IMG/VR virus record: IMGVR_UViG_3300043447_000086
Length of the DNA stretch: 64,000 bases
Source of the DNA: a virus
Lineage: Duplodnaviria; Heunggongvirae; Uroviricota; Caudoviricetes
Direction: 5' to 3' (one strand)
Shown: positions 63,988-64,000 of the stretch, in pieces
How the letters are laid out: the number at the start of each line of letters is the position of its first letter
Position numbering within the stretch: position 1 is the stretch's first letter
Translations under genes and position numbers: made by a program
Notes under the pieces: generated by a model
Database searches by the model: none
What the model saw: the letters and a program-made list of their open reading frames with translations, nothing else
Told to the model about the DNA's origin: nothing

Positions 63988-64000
63988 TAAACCAAACTTC

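Overview
This 64 kb window looks like a contiguous segment of a T4-like (Tevenvirinae-style) myovirus genome. Every credible gene is on the minus strand, packing is tight, and many start and stop codons overlap (ATGA or TAATG). The six-frame track sometimes begins ORFs at TTG or GTG; I trimmed those starts to the first ATG that has a Shine-Dalgarno.

In transcription order (high to low coordinate) the recognisable T4 modules are:
- Neck, tail and head: gp14-like, gp15, gp17 terminase large subunit, gp18 sheath, gp19 tube, gp20 portal, gp21 prohead protease, gp22 scaffold, gp23 major capsid, gp3.
- Recombination and late transcription: UvsY, UvsW, gp55 late sigma, gp47, gp46.
- Early region: rIIA, rIIB.
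- Replication: gp45 clamp, gp44 and gp62 clamp loader, RegA, DNA ligase, DexA-like exonuclease, gp43 DNA polymerase, UvsX, gp41 helicase, gp61 primase, and a partial ThyX at the window edge.

The run g23-g3-uvsY-uvsW-g55-g47-g46 ... g45-g44-g62-regA-g43-uvsX-g41 matches the core synteny of marine T4-like phages (cyanophage, vibriophage and pelagiphage types) rather than T4 itself.

Accessory genes sit between the core blocks:
- NAD+ salvage pair NadV and NatV.
- Peroxiredoxin, AhpD-like, SGNH and SPFH cluster.
- Hsp20 and a Dps-like protein.
- CobS-like AAA+ ATPase with a vWA (CobT-like) partner.
- A thioredoxin-fold protein and a small cupin oxygenase.

The most unusual features are:
1. A translationally coupled operon directly after helicase gp41: a 2OG-Fe(II) dioxygenase with a TET/JBP-like catalytic core, a class II glutamine amidotransferase, a GNAT-like protein, a 339 aa unknown, a P-loop kinase and an HExxH protein. 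This looks like a candidate post-replicative DNA base hypermodification module.
2. A block of six genes, five of which begin with a T4-style capsid-targeting sequence ending in a gp21 protease site (MK.F..FL.E). Among them are two paralogous HxGH nucleotidyltransferase-like enzymes, a His-rich protein and highly charged proteins.
3. Repeated regulatory cassettes of the form [16 nt palindrome] - [hairpin] - [sigma70-type early promoter] placed at gene ends.
4. No terminase small subunit gene at the canonical site between g15 and g17.
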